From contig OX597820.1 of assembly GCA_951406725.2 (NCBI GenBank), forward strand, positions 69,316,001 through 69,380,000: a stretch of DNA of 64,000 nt. Reading direction: 5' to 3'. Every line of letters begins with the position of its first letter. Position 1 is the first letter of the stretch. The position numbers and the translations under genes were made by a program. The notes beneath the pieces were generated by a model. It ran no database searches. It was not told where the DNA came from and worked only from the letters and a program-made list of their open reading frames with translations. This stretch comes from Octopus vulgaris. Lineage: Eukaryota. Below, piece by piece: positions 1-14,033 of this stretch.

Positions 1-434
1 ATTAAATTCTCAATTTAGTCTTTACAATAATTAAGTCATCTCTTGGATAAACCGTTAATCACTCGCTTGCTGTAATAAAATTTTAAGGAAAATTTATGCA
101 AATTAGTTTCCATAAACAAACTATTATAAACCTTTATATGTTTATTGTTCATTTTATAGCTTTTATTTTCCGTTCGAAGACTTAATTCTCCTATTAATTT
201 GAGAAATCATTGCAGAAAGTTCCTCTTCAAATCCTTTTAACTAATCATCGATCTATTATTTGGTTGATTGTTCATTGAGTTCTCGTTCAAAATGATCGTT
301 TATTATCGCTGTTTAGAATTCCTCCCTGGTGTACGATAATTATTGCCATCTGTGACTGATAAATTGCGATGAATGGCTAACTATAAAGCTATGTTTTACA
401 CGCACATAAAAACAACGACAACAAGAATAATATT

Positions 435-615
435 GGTTTGAAATGTTGGCACTAGACCAGTGATTTCGTGGGTGGGATTACACGTTAACCAAGTGCCCAA
501 CTGGTACTTATTTTATCGACCCCGAAAGGATTAAAAAGTAAAATTGATTTCGGCGGAATTTGAGTCCAGAGAGTAAAGACGGACGAAATGTTGCTAAGAA
601 TTTTCTCCTGCGTCA
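435..615 (-). mobile_element. SINE family A, older diverged copy
   Basis: Contains ctggtacttattttatcgaccccgaaagga and ggcggaatttga, the reverse complement of the central block and B-box region of the full copy at 13616. Confidence 0.75.
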
Positions 616-779
616 TCATCATTACCACCACCACAACAACAACAACAACAACCACCACAACAACAACAACAACAACAACAATTTTTCTAATATACACAGA
701 AGGCATGAAATTTTCTGGGTAGGGTTCTGTCGATTTGTTCGAACTCACTACGTGATTGCTTACTAATAAAAATTGCTTC

Positions 780-992
780 AAATTTTAGTAGTGCAAAACC
801 TGCAGTTTTAAAGAGAGGATGTTTGACGATTTCTTCGACATCGGTACTCGACTGGTTCATTATTGTATTGAAGGCGGGGCAATAGAAAGCATTGTTGACT
901 AAAGAGGGATTTGAACTCTGAATATAAAGATTAAGAACAAAAGCCGCAAAGCAATTTTGCCGACGCTGTAAAATTTTGCTAGCTCACGGTCC
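780..992 (-). mobile_element. SINE family A, highly degenerate copy
   Basis: gggatttgaactctgaa (B box, reverse strand) and ttttgccgacgc...tttgctagctcac (head) are collinear with family A. Confidence 0.5.
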
Positions 993-1099
993 TTTAAGGT
1001 ATGCGGGTAATTTTGTACAAGACGGGCATGGTTTGAAAATAAATGCCCCTGGTATATTGCCTGTGCGTATGAATTATGCTAGCGGCATTTGGGCGTGGA

Positions 1100-1165
1100 A
1101 TACACACATTATACATACACACATAAATACATAAATACGTATATATGCATATATATATATGTATA

Positions 1166-1213
<48 letters not shown>

Positions 1214-1411
1214 TATATATATATATGCCTATATATTTATATATATATGCCTATATATATATCCATATATATGTATATATATTTCCATATATATGTGTGT
1301 GTATATATATATATATATATGGATATACATATGCATATCTATCTATATATATATATATGTGTGTGTGTGCATATGTATATCTATATATATATAAATGCAT
1401 AATTATGTATG

Positions 1412-1500
<89 letters not shown>
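1100..1500. repeat. Compound (TA)n/(TG)n/(GA)n microsatellite, representative of dozens in the window
   Basis: Directly visible; source of the YI/ER-rich pseudo-ORFs. Confidence 0.95.
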
Positions 1501-1502
<2 letters not shown>

Positions 1503-1813
1503 CGCAGACACAGGCATACACACCCACACATGCAGACGGTAAATAAAAGGTGAGATTGTTTATATGATATTCCATATATTTTATTACATCATCTTACATG
1601 CGTTTTATTAAAGAAGGGTGGTAATTTGTTGCATTCTATAGATTTAATAATTACATTTCAATAGACGAACATACACACACACATACACACACACACATAT
1701 ACATGCATACATACATACATACATACATACATACATACATACATACATACATACATACATACATACATGCATGCATGCATGCATGCATAGGAGGATGTAT
1801 TTTATCTTATTCT

Positions 1814-2030
1814 TATTTCTTCACTGCCCATAAGGGGCTACACACGGAGAAGACAAACGGATTAAGTCGATTATATCGCCCCCAGTGCGTAACTGGTACT
1901 TATTTAATCGACCCCGAAAGGATGAAAGGCAAAGTCGACCTCGGTGGAGTTTGAACTCAGAATGTAGCGGCAGATGAAATACCGCTACGCATTTCGCCCG
2001 GCGTGCCAACGTTTCTGCCGGCTTGCAACC
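1814..2030 (-). mobile_element. SINE family A, near full-length young copy
   Basis: Reverse complement aligns end to end with 13616-13848: tRNA-like head, gcctttcatcctttcggggtcgat..aagtaccagttacgcactggg core, agcccct..tgggcagt.aagaaata tail. Confidence 0.9.
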
Positions 2031-2636
2031 TTGTATTTTATTTTATTCTGTCGGTTAATCTTTGCAGGAAGATGTGAGCATGATTCGAAGTTACTTTTTT
2101 TCAATGGCGTTCTAAGATCCCGGCTATTTCCTCCAATCATGAATATGACGATGGCCGTCATTGTTTTTCTCTGTATAGGAAGTGATACTATACTTTTGAA
2201 TCAACCAGTCTATTATTATTGGCACCAATTTTACCGACCCCTGGAGATGGAAATAACAAAGAAACGTACAGCTTCTGGCCATTTCAATACTTAATGTCGA
2301 GGCTTTGAAATAATACCCTGAAGCATCCAGTACAGCTGTTACCTTTCACTCAGCCCTACTAACAATACGCATGATGATGATAATGATGACAATGATGATG
2401 ATGATTGCATACGTGATTGTAATCACGATGATAATGATCATGATATATGTGTCTACGTGCGTGCGCGTGCGTGTGTATGCAAATGTATGTAGATATGTAT
2501 ATATGTGTATATATATGTATATGTGTGTACATAAATTTATATATATATATCCATATAAATTTATATATATATATGCATATATATATATATATCCGTTTAT
2601 GTCCATCTATATATACACACACACATATATATATAT

Positions 2637-2672
<36 letters not shown>

Positions 2673-2726
2673 ATGGCTAGATTGATCTACACATATACAC
2701 CCACCATATACTATATATATACATAT

Positions 2727-2854
<128 letters not shown>

Positions 2855-2887
2855 CTATATATATTTGAAGAAAGATAACATTAGCAG

Positions 2888-2942
<55 letters not shown>

Positions 2943-4844
2943 TTGAAGAAAGATAACATGAAAGTGTATAATCTACTATCAAGGAAATCAACTTGTTTTA
3001 AATCTCTGAGCGAGAGATATATAGTAACCGTACGGGCAATATTGAAACGATTAAATGGTTAGGAAAAAATGCAACTTATGTAGAATATTAACGAAACACC
3101 CGACTAAATAATATATGACACACACATTGTTTTACAGGGAGCAGAACGTCTTATACCTTTAGTCTAATTCAGTTACACAGAATAGGAACCTCTGGGGATT
3201 CCTATTGCTCTGAGTCTTTTATTGTTATTTATCATTCTATCACTAGCTGCATGTGTGAAAATTCTTCGGTAATTTTGAACAATTTAGGATTGCTTGTAGT
3301 TTAGAGATAGCTACAAAATACTTCATTTCTTTTGACCTTTATTTAAAATTTTTGAAGCGCTTGATTTTTGAGATCCTGTAAAATCAACATGGGCCGTGGG
3401 AGGATGTGACAAGCTTAAGAAAGATCATCTTTGAAAACTAAATTCATTGTTATACACTTGTTGTCTCTACAATCTTAAGAGATGTTATCTTTTATTTTCA
3501 TCTTTATATCAAACAGCAAACTATCTTAACAAGTGAACAATATCAAAGATACGGCGCATAGGTAGTGAAAGGCTTCACAAATCTGAATGCGCTTATAAGA
3601 AATAAGACAAAGTGGCTGAGCTGAACCTACAGTCCTATTGAGTACTATACGGTAACTGCTCCACTGACCTGTGTATTCTAATAGGAAATGTATAACGTTT
3701 ATATACCATAATTTGTCGAAACAGTATATTTATCAATCGTCATACAAATAACATAAAGACTGTAAAATATATGTATAATCGATTATGTCACCGTTTGTTT
3801 TGTAGCAGAAAAAATGTTATCGATTACATATATTATCAGAGAAGGAAGGCGATGAATTGGTAGTTACTAAGGTATCGTTTATAGTGTTTCATAGTGTTTC
3901 TTTCCTTCCGACTTCATTTACCATGAGTTTAAAACCCGTGGGAGTCAACTGCGCCGTTCAGTGTTTTGGGACATAACGAAATGACCTAACCAAAGTGCGA
4001 GACACGCAGAATTGTTAGAGAATGAAATGTGATACTTTGGGAAATATATTCCAGTTCTTCCGCTTAGTATCTCCGACATCATTTTTGGAGGAAAATGGAT
4101 TCTCCAAGAATCGGTTAACGGTAACGGTAATAGGTCTCTTGGCTGAGAAGGAGTGAGGCGTTGATTGGAGCAATATTTTAATCGCGTTAGCGCAAAATAC
4201 TGAGAAAGAATCGTTGGACCACCAGAAAAAATGCGTTGCGGTATTTTTGGTATGGGCATTTACGTTGTGAGTTAACATCTCTTTCAGGCCAACTAATTTT
4301 ATTATTCGTGAGTTAGTAAAATAAAGTTCCTTTATAGTACTAGTTGGGTTGTACTACCACCTACGAAAATATGGAACTTTTACTATCGTTTTCTAACTTT
4401 GGTATAACGCATAGATGGAGCTGATTGATACTAACATCTTCAATTGTATCCACTCCCATTTTGAGTGGCACGTTGGGTGGTCCTTCAGCAGTTACAGAGG
4501 CACATTAGTTTCTTTCTGTAAGAAGCGTTCGTAACCCCTCACTAAACACTTCTTTATTTCTGAAGAAAAAGAGGACCGTCTGAATTGTGTACCAGGAGTC
4601 ATTTTACAACTCGCTGTAGCGATAGATAGATAGATAGATAGATAGTGAGAGAGAGAAGGAAACAAAGGAAGTAGGAAAGATAGAAAGAGCAGAGAAAAAG
4701 GGAGAGAGAAGAGAGAGAGAGGAGGGTGGGAGAGAGAGAAAAGAAAGAGAGAAAGAGAAGGGTAAGAGAGAAAGAAGGGACAGAGAGAGAAGGAGAGAGA
4801 GAGACAAAGAGAGAAGAAGCATTTCAGTTCTTGACCAATGTTTT

Positions 4845-4930
4845 TAGAACCCGGCAGGATTCGAAATCAGAACGTAGAGAGTAGGAACAAATGCCGCAGG
4901 GTATTCTATCCGACACTTTAACACTTCCGA
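4845..4930 (-). mobile_element. SINE family A head fragment, degenerate
   Basis: ggcaggattcgaaatcagaacgtagaga...aaatgccgcagggtatt...ccgacac resembles the reverse-strand head. Confidence 0.45.
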
Positions 4931-5642
4931 ATTTTTCAATATTTGCAGGGAATAGATGGCCAGAAGTAATTCCGGCAAGTTTTCAAATGAAATGTAAAAA
5001 GGAAAATACGCACAAAAACTAAACAGGCATTTAGTTAGATAATGCAAATTTTTTCAATCCCACAAAAAGATTTTACATGCAGTACCGTTTAAAATTAGGG
5101 CCTCCTGGGAAAATTCCCGGTGGGAATCTCGGGGCCCAACAGTAATCTACATATAGTGTGGCTTTTAGTCTTTAATCAAATAATATATGCTTCATTGCAT
5201 TGTTTTGCGCGGGGACCTTTAACGCTTTTAAAAGGCCACCCTGCTCAGATGAACATTATGAATTCTTACTTGACAAAAGCTCAAGACCACCCGCGATATT
5301 TTGCAGGGTGGATGGGTGGGTGTAAGCTTGGAATGCTCAGACGAGTATGGTCGCCTGAATATCAAAACTCCGAGTAGGCAACTGGGAGAATAATCGAATT
5401 TGAGAGATGAATCATTAAGCTATCAATCAAATGTTTAAAAATTTTATTCTTTTATAAGTAAAACGCTATTGAATATATAGATGCATATGTATACACACAT
5501 ACATGTATAGGCATTCACACATTTACATGCACATACACATACATACTTCTAACAAATATCTTACGGCATAAACTTAGATCGGAGAAATATATTGTCAAAT
5601 TTATGTACGCTTATATATATATATATATTTAAACATGTATGC

Positions 5643-5674
<32 letters not shown>

Positions 5675-5821
5675 GTATATACATATATATATGTATATAT
5701 GTATGTGTGGGTGTGGGAGTGTGTATGTGCATATATATATCTATATATGTGTGTATTTATGTAATGTATGTATAAGCACATGTATATGCGTGTAAGTGTG
5801 TTTGTGTGTGTATATTCAGAG

Positions 5822-5868
<47 letters not shown>

Positions 5869-6142
5869 AAGTATATATACAAAAATTATAGTCGTCAACT
5901 AAGCGTGACTAAGTGGGTTACGACATCCACATTCCTAGAAATAAGAGCTAAAATGCTGCAATGCTGTTATAAAGCGCATAGCATATACGCAATTACTTAT
6001 ATATCATATATATATATATATATATGTATATATGCATATATCATATATATATCATATATATATATATATATATGTATGTATATATGCTTATATATGCGTG
6101 TGTATATATGCATATATATGTACATGTGTGCGCGTGTGTGTA

Positions 6143-6184
<42 letters not shown>

Positions 6185-6233
6185 GCATATATATGCATAT
6201 ATATATATGTGTACGTGTGTGCATATATCATAC

Positions 6234-6310
<77 letters not shown>

Positions 6311-6938
6311 TGTATATATATGAATATTGATATATATGTAGATATTAATGAGAAAAATAAGAAAATGGGGAAATTGACGTATAGACATCAGTTTATTCAA
6401 AGATATTCCAATCGATATAATATGAAATATTTATCCCAAAATTAGAGTATTTAGTTTTCACTGAAAACGGGTAGAAAGTGGAGATCTCGGATGCAAACAT
6501 CCCTCAAAGGTTTATATGTTCTTGTTATGATATATATATATATATATATATATATGCATATATATATATATACACATATACATACATAGTTGTGTATATG
6601 AATGGATGAATGAATGAATGAAAGTAAAATGCGCTTACGTGCAGGTGTATACACGTTCTTTGTTCTCAAGCCATGTCGTAACATAGATGAAGGAATAAAA
6701 ATATTCCTCTTAGAGTAGATAATAAGTAATGACATTCTTTAAAATGAAGTGTAAATGTTCTACTTTCAAAATATTTATTCTATTATTTTATTTATTGTGA
6801 ATCCAATTATGAAGAGACTCTGATAGGTTGATATATAAATCCTGTTACCTGCTCTACTTGAAATGCAATTATAATGTCTGATTAATAAACCTTTCCAAAC
6901 AAGATTATAAGGAATTTACATACGCAAGACATATAGGA

Positions 6939-6974
<36 letters not shown>

Positions 6975-7296
6975 ATATGCGTGTGTAAGTGTCTGTACAT
7001 GAATTTATTGATATACACCCACAATATGGATATGTATACATAGTAATGTGTATATAGAAATGCATAAATATATATAGATATATATACACATACATATATA
7101 TATATATATCATGTAAATTGAGATAAATAGAGATGTTTAGAGCAAACACAAGTGCAAGCACAAACACTTTCATATTCACATACATCAAAATATTTGTATA
7201 TTGAATGTTATAAAACGGGCGGTACCCTAGCATGGTTTGGGCCTGTATATATATGTGAATGTGTGCTTGTTTGTATACCTTGTATGTATATATATG

Positions 7297-7357
<61 letters not shown>

Positions 7358-7714
7358 ATATATATATATACATACATGCATATGCTTACATATATATACA
7401 CACATCTAAATTAACACACCAGTACATATATGCACGTATGACTGTCTCAGTTTATTATTTTAATGAGTTCAAATTGTATCTTCGATGCTGGTGACTCAGA
7501 AATACACCTACACATACATGCCACATATACATATATGCGTAACCATATGCTTCTATCGGGTATAAAAAAAAATTTACACATGGTTCACACGCACACATAC
7601 ACGCACGACCACATTCAGAGGGGCGCATACTTATCCTCACATTCGCACACATGAATTCCCCACACACACATACACACATACACTCACTCACACATACATA
7701 CACACATATACTAA

Positions 7715-7879
7715 GGCACAGAAGTGGCTGTGTAGTAAGAAGCTTGCTCCCCAACCACATGGTTGGTTCCGGGTTCAGTTCTACTCCGTGGCACCGTAGG
7801 CAAGTGTCTTCTGCTATAGCCTCGGGCCGACCCAAGCCTTGTGAGTAGATTTGGTAGACGGAAACTGAAAGAAGCTCGT

Positions 7880-7957
<78 letters not shown>

Positions 7958-8160
7958 TGTATGTATGTATGTATTTATATATCTCTCTTTGTCGCTCCAC
8001 TATCGCTTGACACCGATGCTGGTGTGTTTGCGTTCCGTAAACGTGTCCGATAGAATAAGTACTAGGCTTACAAAGAATAAACCCTGGGATAGATTTGTTC
8101 CACTAAACGCAGTACTCCAGCATGGCCGCAGTCAAATGACTGAGACAAGTGAGTAAGAGA
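7715..8160 (+). mobile_element. SINE family B, full length (tRNA head, CORE-like block, internal microsatellite, 3' module)
   Basis: A box tggctgtgtagt, B box gggttcagttc, CORE-like ggcaagtgtcttct, internal (TA)/(TATG)n, tail ccagcatggccgcagtcaaatgactga; collinear with 12813, 15038, 35830 and 42917 copies. Confidence 0.9.
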
Positions 8161-8646
8161 ATATATATGTTTGTGTGTGTACATATATATATATATATGT
8201 TAGATAGATAGAGGTATCCGTATATGAGTGTGTGTTTGTATGAGTGTATGTATGTATATATATGTGTGTGTGTATGTATATGTATATAAATAGATAGACA
8301 AGTAGATAGACACATGTGTACACATATCTATATTCTTAAATAGGCTGTAGAAATACGTGTATGTTTATGTACAAACAGCACTTTATATCTGCGTCTATGT
8401 ATATATTTTAACAATCATTAATTTCACGAATATAAACTCAAACGAAAAAAAAAAAATTAATTGAAGCTTGTAATACTTCACTGCATTCGAGAAATCTTCA
8501 TTAGTGTTTACATATGTCATTTATTAAAATATTATATATTTCTTCGCTTAATGTAAGTTTTATTATATATTTATTATTCTTTTAACCTTCCATGTCTGCA
8601 TATCTATACATGCTTATATGTATACATAATTACACACGCCGCACTC

Positions 8647-8708
<62 letters not shown>

Positions 8709-8885
8709 TTATTTATACACACACGTATGTATACATTAATTGTCTATGCGTTTGTCTGTATGTATGCCTATGTGAGTTTGTGTATATAAGAGTAATATTT
8801 GGTAAATTTCGTATGGAATTATTCATACACGATATAAAAATCTTAATGGCTTACATCACAATATATGTAAGTTTAGATATGTGTG

Positions 8886-8969
<84 letters not shown>

Positions 8970-9040
8970 CATACATATATATATATAAATATATATATAT
9001 GTTTTTGCAACATTTATGTGTGTGTACGTATGTGTATGTG

Positions 9041-9103
<63 letters not shown>

Positions 9104-9149
9104 AAGATGTGTAGGTGTTTTTATTTTTACGTGTCTATGTTTTAGTGAC

Positions 9150-9260
9150 GAAGATGATGATGATGATGATGATGATGATAATAATAGTAATAATAATACT
9201 AATATTAATACTAATAATAATGATGATAACAATAATAATGATAATAATAATAATAATAAT

Positions 9261-9294
<34 letters not shown>

Positions 9295-9343
9295 TAGTAA
9301 TAATAATAATAATAATGATAATAGTAATAATAATAATATAGTA

Positions 9344-9400
<57 letters not shown>
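9150..9400. repeat. (GAT)n/(AAT)n compound trinucleotide tract
   Basis: Directly visible. Confidence 0.95.
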
Positions 9401-10494
9401 GTGAAATTAATATTAAGGCTAATAGTGAGTTCAGGTGCACGGCTAAATATTTTGTTTCATGTAACTATACATTAAATGGACCTCATTACTTCTTCGGTCC
9501 TCTAATGCCACTGGTACTTTAATTTATCAATCCCCGATTGTTTGAAGAGTAAAATTGGACATGTTGAGGTTAAATTGTCTATAACTCTACGGTGGTCTGT
9601 GAAATAAAGCACCAGTTGTGTTCTGAAGTCGATAACCTATTATGAATATAATAACGAAATATTGTTAGCGTTCCTCTAGTGACGAATAATGGTTCATCCA
9701 ATGTTTCTATTATAGCTAGAGGAATGATTTTTGTTATGTCATATCTTGATTGTTAGACGTTAATAATGGTCAAGTATTTATAGCTGAAATATATTAGATA
9801 TTCATACTAACATACATATCTATTTATCTATATACCTCTCTCCCATCTCTCCCCCTGCTTATATATATATACATAGGTATGTGTGTATGAGTTTGTGTAT
9901 GCGTGTGTGTATAGCTACCTATTTATCTATCAATCTTTCTATCTGTCTATCTATGTTCGCCCATATACACACACATACACACACATATCTTCATGTGGGT
10001 AAGCTTTAGTGTATATATTTTTCAATGTGTGAATGTGTTGAGTGCACGCGATTCACTCACACTCAACGTTTAACATAGTCAAATAATACACAATTCTATG
10101 TATAGGTTTGAATGCAGGCATTTTAACTCTTTGTTGACAGTTTAACATAACCATACACGCACAGACGCACGCACATATATAACACGCGCCAATGCACACC
10201 CTCGAATGCTTCCACACACTCACTCATACAGACATACAAACATACATGCATATAATTATATAAAAATGAATACATTTATACGCATACACACTTATACGCT
10301 CACAAAACCTCATTGATAGCACTTAGTGGTTTTAATGAGCAGACTTATCGGACCGATTTCGATTCCCGGTTGAAACCGATCCACTTCACATACAATACTG
10401 ACGTACTTGAGTGAAATGGCTCACACAACAAGAACAATACGTGTCAGCGGGGGAGGCCCTGTATGGTCGAGCAACCTGTTAGAAATAGCAGTGA

Positions 10495-10720
10495 ATTGAC
10501 GGAGTCGGTAGTTCATTCGATGAAATACCTCGCGCTATTTATTTCAGCTCCTTGCGTTCTGCGTTGAAATCCAGCCAACTTTACTGATCCTCTGTCCGGG
10601 CTTTGACAATAAAGTCTCGATTTAGTGTAATGGGCTGGCGAAATCGGTAAAGCATCGGCTAGTTGCTTTGTGCTAACGGTTCGAGAATTTTATGTTCTGA
10701 GTTCAAATTCCGCTGTGATT
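10495..10720 (+). mobile_element. Two degenerate SINE family A heads in tandem
   Basis: gctggcgaaatcggtaaagcatcgg...gttctgagttcaaattccgc (10634-10713) preceded by a weaker similar head. Confidence 0.5.
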
Positions 10721-11405
10721 TTCCTGGGCGATTAGGTTTATCCATATACCTGGTTTAAGACCATCATCAATTCGTTCTTCGTCCAGTGGATTGAAAACAT
10801 GTGTCAATTCTCCAGGTTCCAGTCTCTTTCTCTTCTTATTGCTTTGAAGCCCTTATAATGAATGGATCTTCAGAAATACCTTTCCCCTGAGTAAAAGGAT
10901 AATAAAGCATTTCCCTTCAAATGACACAGCATCCTGTCTTTGAAAATAAATAAATAAATAAACAAACAAAATGGGTGGGTTGCAGAACGTGGTTGTGAAG
11001 CAAAACTACATCGGTTGACAAAAGATCGGTTATGAGCGGAACGTCTTTGTACAAAGGTTTATCGGGTGCTAAACAAGCGCAACCACTACACAAATAATAG
11101 TCTGGAAATTCTCATAAATTTATTTTAAAATGTTTGACCTTTAACGTAAGAATATAAATATTTCTTAAGCTACTATACTGACGTGGTTAGAAATTTTCGC
11201 TAATTTTCTCACCAGTGGGCGGTATAAGTAAGTAGGTATTCATGTTATATTTTATTTCTCACCTGTAATTAACGTGTGACACAGATGCAATCATGCGTAT
11301 AACAACCCTGATTCCCTTCCTATAGGAAATATTATATCCTCTCTTTCTCTGATTATTTTTATGTTTATTTATCTGTCTAACTAGCTAGCTATCTTCTCTA
11401 TAAAA

Positions 11406-11540
11406 GTGCGTGGCCTAGTGGTCAGGGTGTCGTTCTTGCGATCACGAGATCGTGGTTTCGACTCCCAGATCGGCTGTACATTTTGTTATGAGGCAAAATA
11501 CTTCATTTCACGTTGCTCCAGGTCACTGAGCTGTAAAGGT
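11406..11540 (+). mobile_element. SINE family C, 5' part
   Basis: tggcctagtggtcagggtgtc (A box), gtggtttcgactccc (B box) and aaaatacttcatttcacgttgctc shared with the copy at 48359. Confidence 0.75.
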
Positions 11541-12235
11541 GTAACCTTACTGCAGATTGGCTTGGTGACTCAATTAAATTCAGATCACCCGATCAGAGGT
11601 CTCGCGAGTCACGTTTTGTTTTCAGCGATCCCAAAAATGAACAATACAACCAATACTGTGAATCACGATGATTTGGGACTGGTTGTTCAACCACGTCCAA
11701 AATCAAATTCTCAATAAAATTTAAAACACTTCAATATGATGGAATGGTTTGACAAAATAAAATGCTAGTCATCTACTGGTGTCAATTTAATCACCAACCT
11801 TCTCCTTGAGTTCTAGAAAAAGGCAGGGGGGGGGGGGTAAGAATCATTTGAGCATTAGATAAAAAGCTTTACGGCGTTTGGTCATGATCAGTACCAGTTA
11901 TGAACTGAGGTCAATTCTAATTCACATCGCTTTGACTCTGAACCTGTACAAGAAATTAATATTTTTAAATGGAATTAGCAGCAACTATTTTTTATCGAAT
12001 CATACAGGGGCTTCAAACTCGCCACCGGATTTTCTAAATCTAACATCCAAATCTCTCATAAATCACACGCTACCGTCTTAGAAAAGACGGACGCGACATG
12101 TGATGTGGTTGTAGGTCCACTGCTTATAGGGTGGCGGGTGGGGGACACAAGGGGTAGCTACAGCTGGAAGTGTTTTCCTCTGCGCGATTGTGGTTGAATA
12201 CAGTAACGTAGTATATTATATATATAAATATAAAT

Positions 12236-12285
<50 letters not shown>

Positions 12286-12693
12286 TTGACCCACATGGAT
12301 ATGCACCCACACATATATATGTATGTGTCTTTATATATTTGTATGTACATATATATCTGTGCGTGTATACATACATATATCTTTTATATATATATATGTG
12401 TGTGTGTGTGTATCTCTATACACACACACAGACACATATATATATATATACATATATGCATTACTACCTCTGTTAATATATATATATATATTATTTTATA
12501 TGTATATATATATATACACATACACACACAGTTTTTAAACTCTGTGTGTGTGTGTGCGTGTATGTGTGTGTGTGTGTTTGAACATCACTTTATCCAGTTC
12601 TTATGGCTGTTGCTGTGATTTGTAAAGTTTCCCGTTGAACGTTGCTCTATAAACTACTTTATAAACACACACACACACACTCATGGACAGACA

Positions 12694-12726
<33 letters not shown>

Positions 12727-12812
12727 ATGGACAGACACACACACATAACATATACACACGCTCCTATATAATTAGTAAAATATTTAGTAAATAGCTATAA
12801 TGATTATTTTAT

Positions 12813-12993
12813 AGGAGAAGCTGTGTGGTAAGAAGCTTGCTTCCCAATCACATGATTCCAGGTTCAGTCCTACTGCGTGGCACGTTGGGCAAGTGTCTTC
12901 TACTATACCCTCGGACCAACCAATACCCTGTGAGTAGATTTCGGAAACGGAATCTGAAAAAAGCCCGCCGTATATATATGTGTGTGTGTGTGT

Positions 12994-13044
<51 letters not shown>

Positions 13045-13250
13045 TAAGTGTGTGCATTTTTGTATCTGTGCTTGTCCCCCCACCATCGCTTGACAACCGA
13101 TGTTAGTGTGTTAACATCCACGAAACCTAACGGTTTGGAAATAAAGACCGATAGAATAAGTACTAGGCTTACAAAGAATAAGTCCTGGGGTCGAGCAAAG
13201 GCGGTGCTCCATCATGGGTGCAGTCAAATGACTGAAAGAAGTAAAAGAAA
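12813..13250 (+). mobile_element. SINE family B, full length with internal (TG)n
   Basis: gctgtgtggtaagaagcttgcttcccaatcacatg..ggttcagtcc..gggcaagtgtcttctactata; 3' module caccatcgcttgacaaccgatg...gcagtcaaatgactgaaa. Confidence 0.92.
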
Positions 13251-13615
13251 AAAAATAAACGAATATATATCCTGCAGCCTTTTAAAAGTTAGTTGATATA
13301 TTAAATATTTTCAGACAACTACAAACGCCAATATTTGTATCGACGAAAAAGTATTTGTTATCTTTCATATGCTTCAATGATTGGACTGCGACCATACAAC
13401 AATGGTATCTTGGAGGGTTGAAGGTGAACAGATCAACCAGAAAGCTTAATTACCGAACTACTATGTTATGGGGAGTTAAACAAACCAACACCGGTTGGGA
13501 GGAACGCAAAGACAATTACACACATACACACATGCGCAAACTCCAGTGTCCGAAACAAGTAACAGTAAGATAAACGAGAGGGACAGAAATGTCATGTAAC
13601 ACATTGATTGAATAG

Positions 13616-13848
13616 GGCGGCGAGCTGGCAGAACCGTTAGCACGCCGGGCGAAATGCTTAGCGTTATTTCGTCTGCCGTTACGTTCTGAGTTCAAATTCC
13701 ACCGAAGTCGACTTTGCCTTTCATCCTTTTGGGGGGTCGATAAATTAAGTACCAGTTACGCACTGGGGTCGATATAATCGACTTAATCTGTTTGTCTGTC
13801 CTTGTTTGTCCTCTCTGTGTTTAGCCCCTTGTGGGTAGTAAAGAAATA
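13616..13848 (+). mobile_element. SINE family A, full-length young copy
   Basis: Pol III A box tggcagaaccg, B box gagttcaaattcc, core gcctttcatcctt..ggggtcgataaattaagtaccag, tail gtgggtagtaaagaaata. Confidence 0.93.
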
Positions 13849-14033
13849 GGTATTTTGTCTGCCGTTACGTTCTGAGTTCAAATTTCGCCGGGGTCTACTT
13901 CACCTTTCATCCTTTCGTACCAGTACGTACCAGTTACGCACTGGGATCGATGTAATCGACTTAATTCCTTTGTCTGTCCTTGTTTATCCCCTCTATGTTT
14001 AGCTCCACCCCTGTGAGCAATAAAGAAATAAAT
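13849..14033 (+). mobile_element. SINE family A, 5'-truncated copy fused head-to-tail to the preceding copy
   Basis: Restarts at gtattttgtctgccgttacgttctgagttcaaatt, which matches 13664 onward, and ends in the same caataaagaaata tail. Confidence 0.9.

Noticed and set aside
1-400. TAAT-rich unique sequence as a homeodomain enhancer
   Set aside because: TAAT density is unremarkable at this AT content; conservation data would be required.
1089-1575. YI/IY, HT, CV, ER and LSIY-rich ORFs here and throughout the window
   Set aside because: Translations of (TA)n, (CA)n, (GA)n and (TATC)n microsatellites.
3945-4278. Overlapping minus-strand ORFs in a complex, more GC-rich stretch
   Set aside because: No motif recognised in any frame; may be an unidentified repeat. 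A BLASTX search would be needed.
13616-14033. Repeated units as a CRISPR-like array
   Set aside because: These are SINE copies; no regular repeat-spacer periodicity and no cas genes in a eukaryotic context.
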